Shown one piece after another: positions 13,600 through 27,826 of a stretch of DNA of 64,000 nucleotides; positions within the stretch are counted from its first letter, which is position 1; the number at the start of each line of letters is the position of its first letter. The stretch lies in assembly GCF_009914755.1 (NCBI RefSeq), contig NC_060931.1; one strand, given 5' to 3'. Under the pieces are notes generated by a model. That model did no database searches and had not been told where the DNA came from. It saw only the letters and a list, made by a program, of their open reading frames with translations. The stretch comes from the human T2T-CHM13v2.0 reference genome, Homo sapiens. Made by a program: the position numbers and the translations under genes.

Positions 13600-15609
13600 G
13601 GCAGAGGTGACAATGCTGTTAGATGCCTCAGACATTAAAATGAAGCAATGAACTCCCCATGGTCTTCCTAACATAACAGAACTCTTTGGTGAAGGTTATT
13701 CCCCAAAGGTAAAACAAAAGGCACACACTCCTTTGTGGGCAGTACCATTTGTGGAAAGAACATTTCACTGCTCTGACCAGGGAACGTGTCTCTTAAAAAT
13801 CTTTGGAAAAATCCACATCCTGAAAGCATTTGATTACCCTGATTTGAAAATGGGATTTTGCTCAGTGGCAAGGATACAAATTCATCCCCACAAGTATGCC
13901 TTCTGCGGTAAAAGGCACATGATGACTTTTAGGGACAGTTTATTTGGAAGGTTGATAAATGGGGCCATAAGACAGGACTCATCAAATTTCTTTTTTGAGA
14001 TCTCCCTCTACCTGAAGCATTCCAGCATGACTTGCATTCTGAATACCTAGTTGGAGGAGGTTACAAACAGTTTCAAGCGCCATTTGTTCCCGTTTTGATT
14101 CCCCACTCGCTGGGTTATGTGCTGTTAGACATTTCCAGAAGACTGTCAAAATGTAAGCATCCTGAGGTTTACATAGGCCACGCCATTAAATAACATATAA
14201 GCACAACATTTTAAACATTGTTTTCCAGCAATGGTAAATATTTTAGCTAAGTAGAAACTAAAGCTTGAAATGCAATAAGCACTTAAATGACTCCTTTCTG
14301 TGCCAGAATTCTTATTTTCCTCTGTGCGACCCTGGCTTCTGGGATTAAGGCAACCCCAGGGAGCTCAGCAAATGGTTGTGGGTTACGAGGTGTAGCAGGA
14401 GCTTGGCGACAGCATGCCACCCAGCCTCAAGAAACCCAGCCATGACTGGAACCCAAGAATCAGTGTGTTCACTTTGTGGTCAGCTTCACATTTTTCCCCT
14501 CCTTGAAAAAAAAAAAAAGCTGCTATGAAAATCAGACCTCTCTCCCAACCCCCAAGGAATCACGTGGTGGACCAGGAGCAGAGTGGAGACTCGGGGCAGG
14601 CAGAGCAGAGGAGGCTGGCCCCCTCACGTAGGCAGGCAAGCAGGCAGGCATGTGGGAGTTACCAGCTTCAGTTCCTCAGCCCTACAGAGGGAAACGACCC
14701 ACGGCACCAACAACAGCCACACCACTGACGACGACAACGGATTGTGCTGTCACCAGAAAGAAGGGAAACCCAGAGCGAATTTTACAGTGGTTTTCACCAC
14801 ACGGTGATTGCAGTCCTGTTCAGGGCATGTCACAGTAACACCACCCACTGAGCAGAACCCAGAGGGAAATTAGGCCTCCTTCAAAGTTTCCCATTACTGC
14901 CTATCCCTGAACAGAATAAGGCAAGGATTTTAAGGACACACAGACATGTGGCCCTACCTCCATTGGCTTCCTGGGGCCCCTGGCTTCTTATTCACTAAAG
15001 AGAATTGTTCTCAGTGACTGACAAGGCTAAATGAAGACAGGGTGCTCTCTCATTAAATGCAACTGCTCTTTAAGAGGCAGGCAGGGCCATGGACAAGTTA
15101 TGAGATTTTTGGTCAGTGTTTTTACCAAGAAAACTTGATCTGCCATAAAATCTCAAACAAGTGAAGAAAAGGAATGCAGAGATGCAGGGCCTTTTCTCCA
15201 CATTCAAAAGACCAAAGTTGGCATGTTTTGTTCTAACACCAACCACATTTCTAACACATATTTGGAGTTCTGTGACTAGTCTCTGAGATTATAATACAGA
15301 TATTTATCACTTATCACACTGAATTTGGGGAGGGGATTCCCCTTTGGTTTTGTCAAATAATCACAGAAGGAGCCATGTATGTTATCTGTCCTGTTTCTAG
15401 TGAAGAAGACAAAGCTCTTCACTCCCCTCCTGACCCTCCCCCTCTAAAAAATCAGCCATTTATGGCGGGTATTGACTCTTGCCAATTTTAAACTGTAACT
15501 TCAAATGTCAGCCTGTTGACTTACAGAAACAGACTGACAAATGGCTGTCTGCTATGGAGAAAAACTTTGGAAACTCAAAATGTTCATACAGACTGCCAAC
15601 AGATTAATT

Positions 15610-15730
15610 AGTAGCCTCTTTGGAAGCATGATCACGGTCTAAGAATAGCCTTAAATCCTGTTCAAGACTAGCTTCTTTCCCCAAATCATTATAGTGCTAG
15701 CCAAATAATAGCAAATGTTAGATACAGTGG
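15610..15730 (-). repeat. Older diverged copy of SLC25A13 3' UTR segment 16722-16840
   Basis: 14-nt exact match agtagcctctttgg, plus a 34/41 block (15666-15706 vs 16780-16820) at the same ~1.11 kb offset. Confidence 0.85.
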
Positions 15731-16060
15731 TATATGGTTTTGGTGTGTGCAAGAGTCAGACTGGATTAGAAAATACGACTGCCATTTCATACCAGTTTTC
15801 ATGGCTAAGTTCTACTAAAACTATGTGACCTTCATCATCACAATAAACTGCCGAAAGTGCTGGAATGACTAGAACTAAGGTGTCAGTTTGCTAGTTCTTT
15901 GCTTATCTATGGTTAAATACAGTTTCTTGTACTCACTTTGAACCATGAAAATGAGGGAACACATTACCTTGAAAGATACTGAGGATATATCCATGCCAAT
16001 ATGAATAAAATTCCCCTCAAAACAAAACATGTAGGCCAATAATGACAATTACTGTATCCA

Positions 16061-16117
16061 CTCACCATGCAACATGCACAAGACCAAACAACTCAATCAC
16101 TTTACAAATAGTTTATT
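16061..16117 (-). terminator. SLC25A13: Main polyadenylation signal AATAAA plus GU-rich downstream element
   Basis: tttatt at 16112-16117 on +; minus strand downstream reads TGAGTTGTTTGGTCTTGTGCATGTTG. Confidence 0.85.
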
Positions 16118-17067
16118 TCCACCTTCACAAATTCATGCGCCTCTGACCATTATGCAAGGCAACATGAATTAAATACTTATGTCAGAACATATTTGTCTTA
16201 CATTATTCAAGATAAAGTGGATTTTAAAAGCAAGTGGGTACCAATGATGGGGAGATGAGGAGAATAGGGCAGGCAGCAACAGGGCAACATGCATTTTTCA
16301 AGAGTGTTTATTAAAATAGGCAGTAATCAGTACATGTACATCATATGAGCAGTTTTTCAAAATTAGCACTTCCAGGAGAGGGGCTACATCTCAGTTTTTT
16401 CTGTCTGTACAGTAAAATGCCAAAAGTACTTCCCTAAAGTACAAAGGCATTTCCCTAGTAGTCTTGGTACCAGTAACAATATGATTACTAAACATCTCCA
16501 ATGTGGTTTTCATTACAAAGAAACATGTTTCACATAAAAGCTTCATAATATAATCCAGAGACAGAATTTGTGCATGCTTACAATTTGAAGCCAGGCTGAA
16601 TATATTTGATATATATTTTTTCATTTCTCCCAGTGTTTTTTATTTTTATAAATATGCACCTAGTTTCCTACCAGTTTAAAACACACACGAAACACTGCTC
16701 TGAGCACCATGATTGCCTTACAGTAGCCTCTTTGGGACTACAATCCTAGTTCAAGGAGGGGAGTACTAATTTCTATTCTGACTTGCTCCTTTCCCCAAAT
16801 CATGTTAGTGTTGACCAAATCCCATCAATTTTCAGATGCAAACAAAGGTTTCTGGGCAGAGGGCCAAATAATAATTATGAATAATTTCACAATGATCTGG
16901 TTAAGAAAACACCCAGAAAATGAATGATTTCACATGATAAAAAAGCCTGGACTTGAATTTAAACAAGAGATGGACGTAAAAGGGATGAAGCATTGCTTCA
17001 TTCCCAGGAGGGATGTTCTTTACTGCAGTACCCACAAAAAGACAGCACTATCCCAGGGCTGATCTTC
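16097..17067 (-). other. SLC25A13: SLC25A13 3' UTR (~970 nt; 3' end approximate)
   Basis: Runs from the stop codon to ~15 nt past AATAAA (16112-16117); a GU-rich downstream element follows. Confidence 0.85.
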
Positions 17068-17340
<273 letters not shown>

Positions 17341-17530
17341 TTAATGTAAAGGAGTTGATACATTCTCATCAGTTGTATGTTCCCCTTGGAAATGACCTTG
17401 TTAACACAATTTCAACATTTCCCTAAATCTCTTCTATTTTATTATAGAGACTAGACTGAGGTACCTTTCCCTACGACAACAGAGCATTAGCAGCAGCCAA
17501 AATTTAGCAGCAGATTTAGCATGATACTTA

Positions 17531-17641
<111 letters not shown>

Positions 17642-17695
17642 TCACAGATATAATTAGATATTTTAAAAATTTACCTGATACCAAAGAGTTAGTTA

Positions 17696-17965
<270 letters not shown>

Positions 17966-20900
17966 TTAAAAATCCGATTCAATAAAATGCCTATTTTGCT
18001 GTCCTCTATGGGAAATGCAACCATGCCTCTCCTGTGTGCAAGATGTCTGCTCCTACACCCCTCCCCACCAGACTCACACCTTCCCTTGCCCAAATCACTC
18101 AGCCTTCATTTCCTTTGTTTCTATTCCTAAATCTTTAAATATTTTTAAGAAATTGTTTATCAATAACACTACTTCAAGTGGTTGAGAATAAGTGGAGAAA
18201 GCGGTTTTCTTTTCTTTTTCTTTCCTGTTGAAATCAAAAACTTGCGAAGTTATTAGGTCCGATTTTTCAGAGGTGAAGCTTGTTATGCGTTTCCTCTTCA
18301 TGGTCTTCTGTGGCTGCTGGCAGTCACAGGAGGTGCTTTCTCTCACACATTCAACCACCCCCTACTCTCCAAACCCCAACCTCTCCAGTTACACCAGAAA
18401 AAGACTTTACTGATATCTAAAAAACACTATGTGTGTTGGGGGGTGGGAGGTGGAGGTTTCGGGGAGGGGGTGAAATTGGGAGAAGGAGACTCCTACAGAT
18501 AACACTTTAGGATTTCTTTTCCCTAAGACTGACATCTCCAGAAAAATATTTGACAGAAAGCTTAAAATTTATACTGGCTGATAATCAATGAAAAAGGAAC
18601 AACAACAACAACAGAAAACCCTCCCAAAGTTACCAATGGGAAATTTTTCTACAGTCACTGTATCCAAAATAGGGCAGTGCATGTTTAGATTTTTTAAAAG
18701 CGAGACTGTACTCAGAAGACACTGTCTCTTATGGTTTTATTACTTTTCCATTATGAACTTATTCCAAACCAAATTGGTCAAATGCAGATGCATAAATCTC
18801 CTTTGCTTTTTTTAAGGCTTAATAATTCTGTAAGAATTTCTGTCCAAACCAACATGGTCTGGCTCACAACTACATTTCATCCTTCTAACAGACAGCTTTA
18901 AAGTTACAGTGAGTTGGAAGGGGGGTGTAAATCTGCATACTACACGCTTCCATTTATATTACTGAAGGAGTATCTCTTCCATCTTTACCTAGCTCCTCAA
19001 ACATTAATCTCAAGAGGTTTTATAAAATACATCACAATTCTGCATGCAAAAAGCTCACTTTATATCCAGTGCTTCACTGGATAAGTCATACTGAAATTCC
19101 TGTTCATTTGTAGGAATTATTTTAACTTTGGGCCAGGAATTTATCCTCCAACATAATGGAAGGAAACAAGAAAAATGCTTAGAAACCCACTGTGTTCACA
19201 CCACCGATTTTGTTTTACTTCCTGGTTTAGAAAGAGTTTAGCAAGACAGCCTGCTTTAGACATGCAATAAAAGCCGCCTTGCAATGGTGGGCAGGCATGT
19301 CAGACTGTGACTGTGAAAGACATACAAGCAATAAAATGGGCAAAAAGTTCCCTTTGGCTAGGGTAATTTTCATAAACTCTTCTTTGTTATGAAAATAGAG
19401 GTACTGGGGGTGAAGGAAGCAGGTATGAAAGACACCTAGTAAGTTGCCTGGCAAAACTGATAGGAGTTGTGGCGAATGCTGGAATATGGCAACTTGAACA
19501 TAACTCCCATCATCTCCATTGTCAGCTCCAGTTTCTCCTAGGCAGGTATCTGGTAAGGCCTAAAAGGAATTTTGGACATCTTGGTGGACAGGAGATTTCC
19601 AGTGTGAGGATTTGCTAAGTTAACCTGGAGAACTGCACCAGGCTGCCCTAAAGCAAGGCTGGGAAAGCAGCAGATACTGGCAAGAACTTGGCCACCAGAG
19701 AGCTGTTGATTTTGGGGGCCAGGGTTGGCAGGGACGTCTGGTAGATCTGCCTGCTCTCTTCTGGATTCCAAAAGGCTAAGCCAATGCTGATCAAGTGGTC
19801 TGAATTTTCTCTATTCCTAAAGACAGGGGAGCAAGAGGAGACTGGGAAACAGAGATGCTTCCTCTAGGTCCCTCAGCAGGAAAGGGACTGGCAGGCTGCC
19901 TGATTCTTCAATGACAAGACAAACACAGAGACCCAGGGGCCATCCACCACCTCTGTGACAGGAGTAACTTGGGGCATGTCTCAACCAATTAAAAAATTAC
20001 AAGTCTTCAAAGGGGGCCCAGCTAGAGTAGAATATAATTTACAACAAAAAGAAAACATGACTGGCAAAATACAGCTTTAGGGCACAAGTCATCGTTAATT
20101 TTTATAAATATCCCATTTATATTTATAAGGAAAGTGCTTTTCTTTTTATTGAATACAAAGGTTAATATCTATTTATTTTGGATCAAGGCTGTTTTCCAAA
20201 TCCCCTTTGCATCTCTATCTATATTATCTACTTAATACGTCAGCTTCTAAAAGCAGTGTGATAAAGTTTTTCATCAGGTATGAGAAAATATCGCATTTTC
20301 TTCATACTTTGAAGCTGAGAGATGACATTATACATTGATATTACATAGAAATTGATGGCGTCTTCATAGTGAATTTTATCTTTTATAAAATATGCCTGTG
20401 TGCTTCTGAACGCTATTTAAAACCTTGAATTCCATTCAGTATGGCATTAATATTGCTACTTGCTTATTGTTGATATTTGCCTGGTACATATTTTTCAATC
20501 AGCTGTCTTTCAATCTTTCTATGTCACTGTTTTATGAAACTTCATATGACTAGATTTTCTTTCAAAACTCATCTTAAAGTGTTTGTTATTACTAGGGGTA
20601 CTGAATTCATTTACAGTGCTTGTGACTACTAGACTTATTTCTGCCATCCTATATTATGCTATTTTCTCTGCTTCCAGTTATTTCCCTTTTGATCCCCACC
20701 ACTTCCCTGACTAAATATATTTAAACGTTACATGCATTTGTTATATAGGTGTACATTTACAACAGGTGCAATTAATTAGCATTTGCATCCTCCAGCAAGG
20801 GGAGGACTTTGGCGCACTGGCACTTTTGTCCTTCCTTTCATTTGTCAGTCTCCCAAAAACCAACCATTCTTGCATGAATACATATACCAAAGTCAGCAAT

Positions 20901-20974
20901 AATGGAGACCTACCACAGGTTTAACTTCTATTTGCTGTTTCATATATCCTACATTTTCCTCCTTCTTAATTCAC

Positions 20975-21268
20975 TTTTTTTTTTTGAGACTGAGTTTTGC
21001 TCTTGATGCCCAGGCTGGGGCTGCGCACGATCTTGGCTCACTGCAACCTCCGCCTCCCAGGCTCAAGTGATTCTCCTGCCTCAGCCTCCTGAGTAGCTGG
21101 GATTACAGGTGTGCACCAGCACGCCCGGCTATTTTTTGTATTTTTAGTAGTAGAGACAGGGTTTCACCATGTTGACCAGGCTGGTCTCGAACTCCTGACC
21201 TCAGGTAATCCGCCCACCTTGGCCTCCCAAAGTGCTGGAATTACAGGCATGAGCTACTGTGCTGGGCC
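20975..21268 (-). mobile_element. AluS
   Basis: Antisense dimer; TSD-like aattcacttttt on both sides. Confidence 0.95.
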
Positions 21269-24200
21269 CTTAAATTCACTTTTTAATTGCTTCAGAGAAG
21301 GTCTGTGGGGAAGAAAGCTTTGAGTCCTTGCATGTGAAAAACTAACTTTAGTTTTGCCTTCCCCCTCCTGAGTGTTAGTGTGCCCAGGAACATAATTACG
21401 ACTCAAGACATCCTTTCCTTGGGATTTTGAAAGTATCCAGTATTACAGATAAGAAGATGAGAAGTCAATCTTCTATTGATTCATTTTCTATTCTCCTTTT
21501 CCTTATTACTTTTCCCTAGGGAACTCCTATGAAACAGATGTTAGATTTCCAAGATTAATTCTACCTGTATCTTAAATTTTCTCTCCTTTTCTATCTCTAT
21601 ATTATTGCTACACATTACATTCTAGAGGGGTTTTTTTTTTTTTGCATGTCTTTATTTTCCACATGTCTAAATTTGGTCTTTGATCATATCCATTATATCA
21701 TTCAGAACTAACGCTTGATATTTAATTATGGCAGTTCTATTACTTTTCAAGAAAGCTTCTTTACTGATTATTTCTTTCAAATCTCTCTGAGGACTCTAAT
21801 TAATTATATTAATTAATTATAGTTCTTAAAAGTTGTCTTCTGTCCCCTGAATTGCCTGTTTTCTCTCTAATTCTTCTGTTCACTTACTTTGTTGCTCCTT
21901 CATGGCTGGGGATCTCTGGTTGTCTATTGATATTATTCAAGTTCAAAGGATAGGCTGATTAGTATTATATACAAATGTTGTGGGTGACTTCTACCATATT
22001 CTAGGTATGCTTCACCCACAGGTCTCTCTCCTGAATGGGAGGGTCTATGGGCTTTGTGTAACTGGGTGCAAGGGGTTAGGATATGCTGGCAGGGTGTGGA
22101 CCCTCCGAACTGCTGAAATGTAGGGAACTTCACTTTGGGGGTAGAAGAATTTATTTTAAATCCTTAATTCTTCTTGGGAAAAGCTGCCATCACTTTGTTT
22201 TTTCCTGCATCTGTGGTAGAAGTCTTGAATTACCTTAAGTCCTGCCCTACTTTCTGTCCATTCCTTACACTTATCCTCTCTAGGGAAGTGGTCTCTTTCT
22301 TTAAAATTGAGCTCTGAGCTTTTAACTTGGATACAACTGTCTCCTGAAGCTCCATATGAAAACCAGGAGAGAGCTCCAAGCCTGGCAATCCTGAAGAAAG
22401 TATAGTTGCCTAACTCATGTTAATGATTTACCCTAAAACCTCCACCTCCACCCCAGGCATTCTATTCTTCACTCAAAGGTTAACATTCTCCAGTTCAGCC
22501 CTTGCATTAGAGGTAGTTTCTCCTGCTGTGTTTTGGACTGGGGCATCTCTCAGTCCAGTTTCAGAGTCAATATGGCTATTTCCTTTCTGCTGAGGGCCAG
22601 ATTAGCATTTTCTAGTGCCAATAAAGAATTTTTTAAAAATGCATTTCCTGACATTTTAAGGTATTTGGGAAGACAGGAGAGATGGATGAATATGCTCAGT
22701 CTATTGTCTTGATTCAATTTCTTCATTACTTTTTTTAAGGGTTTAAGGACTGGTTTTAAACTATTATAACTTAAGCTTTATGTCCACATAATTAACAAAT
22801 TTGTACCAACAGTAGTTTTCTCATAATACACAATCTAATGTTTGCAAAAGCATCATGATCACACATGTATAACACACTTCCACTTCTGTGTACTGGAACA
22901 GCTTTTAAAGGTATTTCTGTATTACAACTTAATCTCAAGCTAATTAATTCAAAGGTGAGACCATCATTACAGTTTGACTTGTTCCTCTATCTTATCACTC
23001 TGATAAAAATCATCTGGTATGATAGAGCATTCTATAAAATTTGAGTATTAGATATATTTTATTTGATATCATTCACAAGGTGTATTGAAATGCCCTTCAT
23101 TAATGATAAAGCACCATGTTAATTATAGATAATTAGAATTTGATTTCTTAATTTCAGGACCCCCGCTTCGGTCTTCACTTTCTGACAAAGCTGATGTACT
23201 TTGGCCAATGAACATGAATTCAAATATTGGTTAGTCTTGTTCTATCTTGTGAAATAACGGAGTAGATGTTCCAGTATTTAAATATAGTCCCAGTTTATAA
23301 CTAGATACATGAACAAAACAAAAACAAAAACACCAAAACCCAACATTCTCTAGGTGAGGATACCAATAACCACTTTTGCTAAAAAGCTACATATTACTAA
23401 AACAATCTAACCTCAAGGCTAATCAAATTTTTGGAAAGAAAACAGTGAGATAACATTACTGAATAATTGAAATTATTATCTAAACATAGAAAGCGTGGTC
23501 ATATTCATTTAATCACAGGTCCATATTATTTATAATAGGCTGATGTTCAGCAAAAAATATTTTATGTATAAGTGATCAATTTAAATATGGTACATATAAA
23601 AATAGCCATGAGACATTTTTGTTTTATAAGTTAGAGGCCAACAATTATTCATTGTAGTTGCCTGAAACTCCATCTAAAAAGGAGGATTTTTGTATTTTGA
23701 AAGAAGCTTTTCTCCTATTAAATACTTTCTGGGATTCTCTGAATACCATGTATCCTCTCCCTAAGAAATGCCTTTGCTCTTCTTGGCAACCACAAAGGGA
23801 ATGTGGGGGCCTGATCCGTCCTCCACCCAACAGCCCATTCAGGATTAGTGCACATTTGTGCTGGCTCACTGCCCTTCTTGGGGTTGCACGGGGCACACTT
23901 CTGACAAAAGTCTTGCCCTTCTCCACACTGAACTCAGCTCTGCCTGAGCATCTCAGCAAGGTTCCACACTCAGCCCTGCTCACCCCATGACATCACTCCT
24001 GCTCACTGGATATAGATTTTTTATGTTTATTTTATAACAAAATGCATTACTAATCTTTTTTCCTAATTCTAATATACTTCTTAGACATTTTAATTTTGAT
24101 TTTCAGGTAAATAATCATTTATAAATAATGACTGCTTCCTTTCTTCTTTTATTTATGCCTTTTACTTTATTTTACCATGCTGACTGGAACCTCCAAAATA

Positions 24201-24492
24201 TGGCTGAATAACAAAGATGAGAGAGACATCCTTGTCTTATTCCTAACTTTAATTGGAATGGTAACTATGACATTGACCACTGGCTTCTGATATCTGTTAT
24301 TAAATTAAGAAAGTAGCTTACTTCGCATTACACAGTTTTTATAGTTTTGTAGAATACACAAAGACCATCAAGCTTTGTAGCTTATTCACTCTTTGAAGAC
24401 TAAAATCAACAGGGCAAACTCGGTATTTTCCCATTTTACCAGAAACGGGGGATCAGAAGGAAGGTGGATAATAATAGGAAAGTCAATGCTCT

Positions 24493-24625
24493 TTAGGACA
24501 AATACCTAATGCATGCGGGGCTTAAAACCTAGATGATGGCTTGATGGGTGCAGCAAACCACCATGGCACTTGTATAACTATGTAACAAACCTGCGCATTC
24601 TGCACATGTATCCCAGAACTTAAAG

Positions 24626-24668
<43 letters not shown>
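24493..24668 (+). mobile_element. 5'-truncated L1PA 3' end with (AAT)n tail
   Basis: tatgtaacaaacctgc...cccagaacttaaagtataataat; 14-bp TSD aaagtcaatgctct at 24479-24492 and 24669-24682. Confidence 0.93.
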
Positions 24669-24671
<3 letters not shown>

Positions 24672-24690
24672 GTCAATGCTCTATAGTAAG

Positions 24691-24809
24691 TGAGGCAGCC
24701 AGTTCCCAAAATGGCCCTCAAAGATCTGCACCCTTGTGACATTCACGCCTCTGCTTCTCTATCATCTTGAGGTGAAGTCATAGAAGACACTGCAGCTTCT
24801 GCCTTGCTT

Positions 24810-24857
<48 letters not shown>

Positions 24858-25181
24858 ACTTTGCTCTGGGGAATCTACTGCCATGTTGTGAGGGTATCCA
24901 AGTTGACCAATGGAGAGGCCCACATGACAAGGAACTGAGGCCTCCTGTCAACAGCTATGTCATTGAGCCATCTTGAAAGTGGCTTCTCCAATGTCAGTCA
25001 AGCCTGGCTGCTACTGTGACTGCAACTTCATGATAGACCTGGTGCCAGAGGCACCCAGTGAGCTGCTTCTACCCCACACCTGTTTCCTGACTCACAGAAA
25101 CTGTGAGAAAATAAATATTAGTTGTGTTAAGCTGATTAAGTTTTGAGGGAATTTGGCATGCAGTAATAGATAACAAATACA
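24691..25181 (+). mobile_element. MLT1-type MaLR LTR containing (CT)n at 24811-24855
   Basis: Typical MLT1 3' end (agaaactgtgagaaaataaat...gcagtaatagataacaaataca). Confidence 0.75.
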
Positions 25182-25494
25182 GAAGGCATTTATAAAGACA
25201 ACAGGATGGCAAGAGGGCTGAACTAACATCACCACAGGGATGCCAACTACTTCAAACTCTCAAGAATAATGGGTCAATGACCGAAAAACAACCATGCTTT
25301 TTACCAACAAACTCACTTCAGATAATCTATTTCTCTTAAAAAAAAATAACTGATTCAACATAGGGGAAAAAGCATACTACTAGCTATTTAAAATTTTTTG
25401 GAAAAAATTAAAGTATCTAAAATTGAGAAATACATAAGATGCAGCAATTAGAAACTATGTTCGGAAAGTTTTAAATAATATGTAATAAAATTAC

Positions 25495-25735
25495 TATTAT
25501 GGAACATTTTTGAATACTTACTATATATCAGGCACTATTTTAATCTTTTCATCTATTAATTCACTTAATTCTCATAATAATCTTGTAAGGTAAGACTACT
25601 CTTATCTCCAAATACAGATGGAGAAATGGCAGAGAGGGAATGAATAATGTGTGTGGTTCACACAGGGTGGAAACACTGGAATTTGAACATTGGTAGTCTG
25701 ACCCCACAGGCACATGTCATTAACTACTTTGCCAT
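25495..25735 (-). mobile_element. MIR
   Basis: acttactatatatcaggcact...acagatggagaaa...gaatttgaac. Confidence 0.65.
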
Positions 25736-26221
25736 GATGGGTAACAATGCTTAAGACACAACCTTAAGTGAAAACTATCTATACAAAGTGTGATTACAGC
25801 TCTGTGAAAAACCTGAATAGGAAAAATGAGTAAAAATGTTAAATAGCAATTATCTTAGAGTAGTGAAATAATGAATAATATTTTTGTTATTTGCCTGTTC
25901 TAGTACTTTTCAAATATTTTATAATGAGTAATATTAGTTTCAAAATCATTTAAAAAAGGAGAAAAATAAACCTTAAATGAAAAAAAATCTCACCAGTCAT
26001 TTCTATAGCTCTGGTAGAATGGATTACCTCCACAGAGACAGAATCGTTTCTGGGTACCTGTCTTCTCCAAGAAAAGAGTTAAAGATGGTATTTTTATGGT
26101 GTGAGGAAAGTGAGGCTTAGGAAAGAGTCCTAGACCTTGATCTGAGCTCTACTACTTAACTTCTAATTTCACAACTTATTTTTTGGAGTGATTTACAGAC
26201 AGATTCTTTTGGATTCAATGT

Positions 26222-26410
26222 AATACTTGGCTAATGTTTATTGAGCATTTACTGTATGCTAAGAACTATGCCAAGTCTTTCACATGGATCCTCTCATTTG
26301 AGCCTCACACACACTCTGTAGCAGGTGCAGTTGTGATCTCCATTTATAGCTGAGGAAACCAAAGCTTACAAGAAGTGAAGTAACTTGCCCAAGGTCACAC
26401 ATTAATAAGT
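26222..26410 (-). mobile_element. MIR
   Basis: atgtttattgagcatttact...gaggaaacc...aacttgcccaaggtcaca. Confidence 0.8.
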
Positions 26411-27559
26411 GGTACTCAGTTATTCTCATTAGGTCCTACCTTATTTCAAGTAAATAATTTGAAATAAATTATAACCCTTTGGTTCAAAACATTTTCTCAT
26501 TTACAGATATATGAGAAATTACATATAGGCCACCATGAGTCAAGCTGGAATTAAAATTGGGAATTTTATACTCAACTCCTGAAATCATGATCTCTTGCTC
26601 TAGATACAGTGGTATCACTGCTGCTAATACAACTGAGGTTTCTAAGCAGCCAGGAAACAGTAGCCCTGCCTTATATACCAATATCACTGCCTTTGAAGGA
26701 AAAGGATTAACTAAGAATTAAGGAGGAGCTACACAGGTTCCTGCATCCAGGGGTTCCCCAGGCTGCAGCCAGGGTAGGTGGGGTGTGCACAAAACAGCAA
26801 ACAACTTCTCAAAGCTGGGAGTTGTTCTTATGCTATCTTTGAGAAAAGCATGGAGACTCTAGTTACATATCTGATGAGAATAGCACAGGTATCAAAAATG
26901 TTTGGATCCAGGCATCCTGTGACCGCCTTAGGGTTTGTTAACTTATTAAATGTCACCACTTGGAGAGCTAATCCAGACTGTTCCTGCTCTTAGGGACCCT
27001 TGAAAAGAAGCAGCATCAAAAAATGAACTGATCCCTGGCATGGTTAATTATTTTCTATCGATGTTTTCAATGGAGCACTGAAAAAAAGAAGATAGTTATT
27101 TCCATCTGTGATTTAATTACCACCATCCCCCCGTAACACAGGGAGGAAACAGGTGTCTCTAATTGGCCCAGGTCTTTTCTGGTTCTACTACATTTCTTTT
27201 CTCTAACTATTGTTTAAGTTCTGGACAGGCTTTTATGCACTATTTTTTTTAGACGTCTTTAAGACAAACCTATTCAAATCTTTAAAAACTTCCAGCTAAA
27301 CAGTTATTCTTATGCTGTGAAGTGAGACTATGAAATGATATGGAACTTGAATTGGAGTTCCACAATACCACAAAATAAGCCAATATTTAATGAGCCTTTT
27401 CTAGAGTTAAGAAATTAAGCTTGTCTAATAATCTCATCTGCCAGAATGAAGATTAATTTTTTCCCTTTTTTTTCAGTAGCTCTTCAATCTCTAGCAAACT
27501 CACACATACCCTGTCAAGAACTATCAGCAAAAAAATTTCAATGTAGTAGCATGCAGCTA

Positions 27560-27826
<267 letters not shown>

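Noticed and set aside
19689-19706. CTCF-like TGGCCACCAGAGAGCTG
   Set aside because: Mismatch in the critical GG of the core; cannot be supported without a PWM scan or ChIP data.
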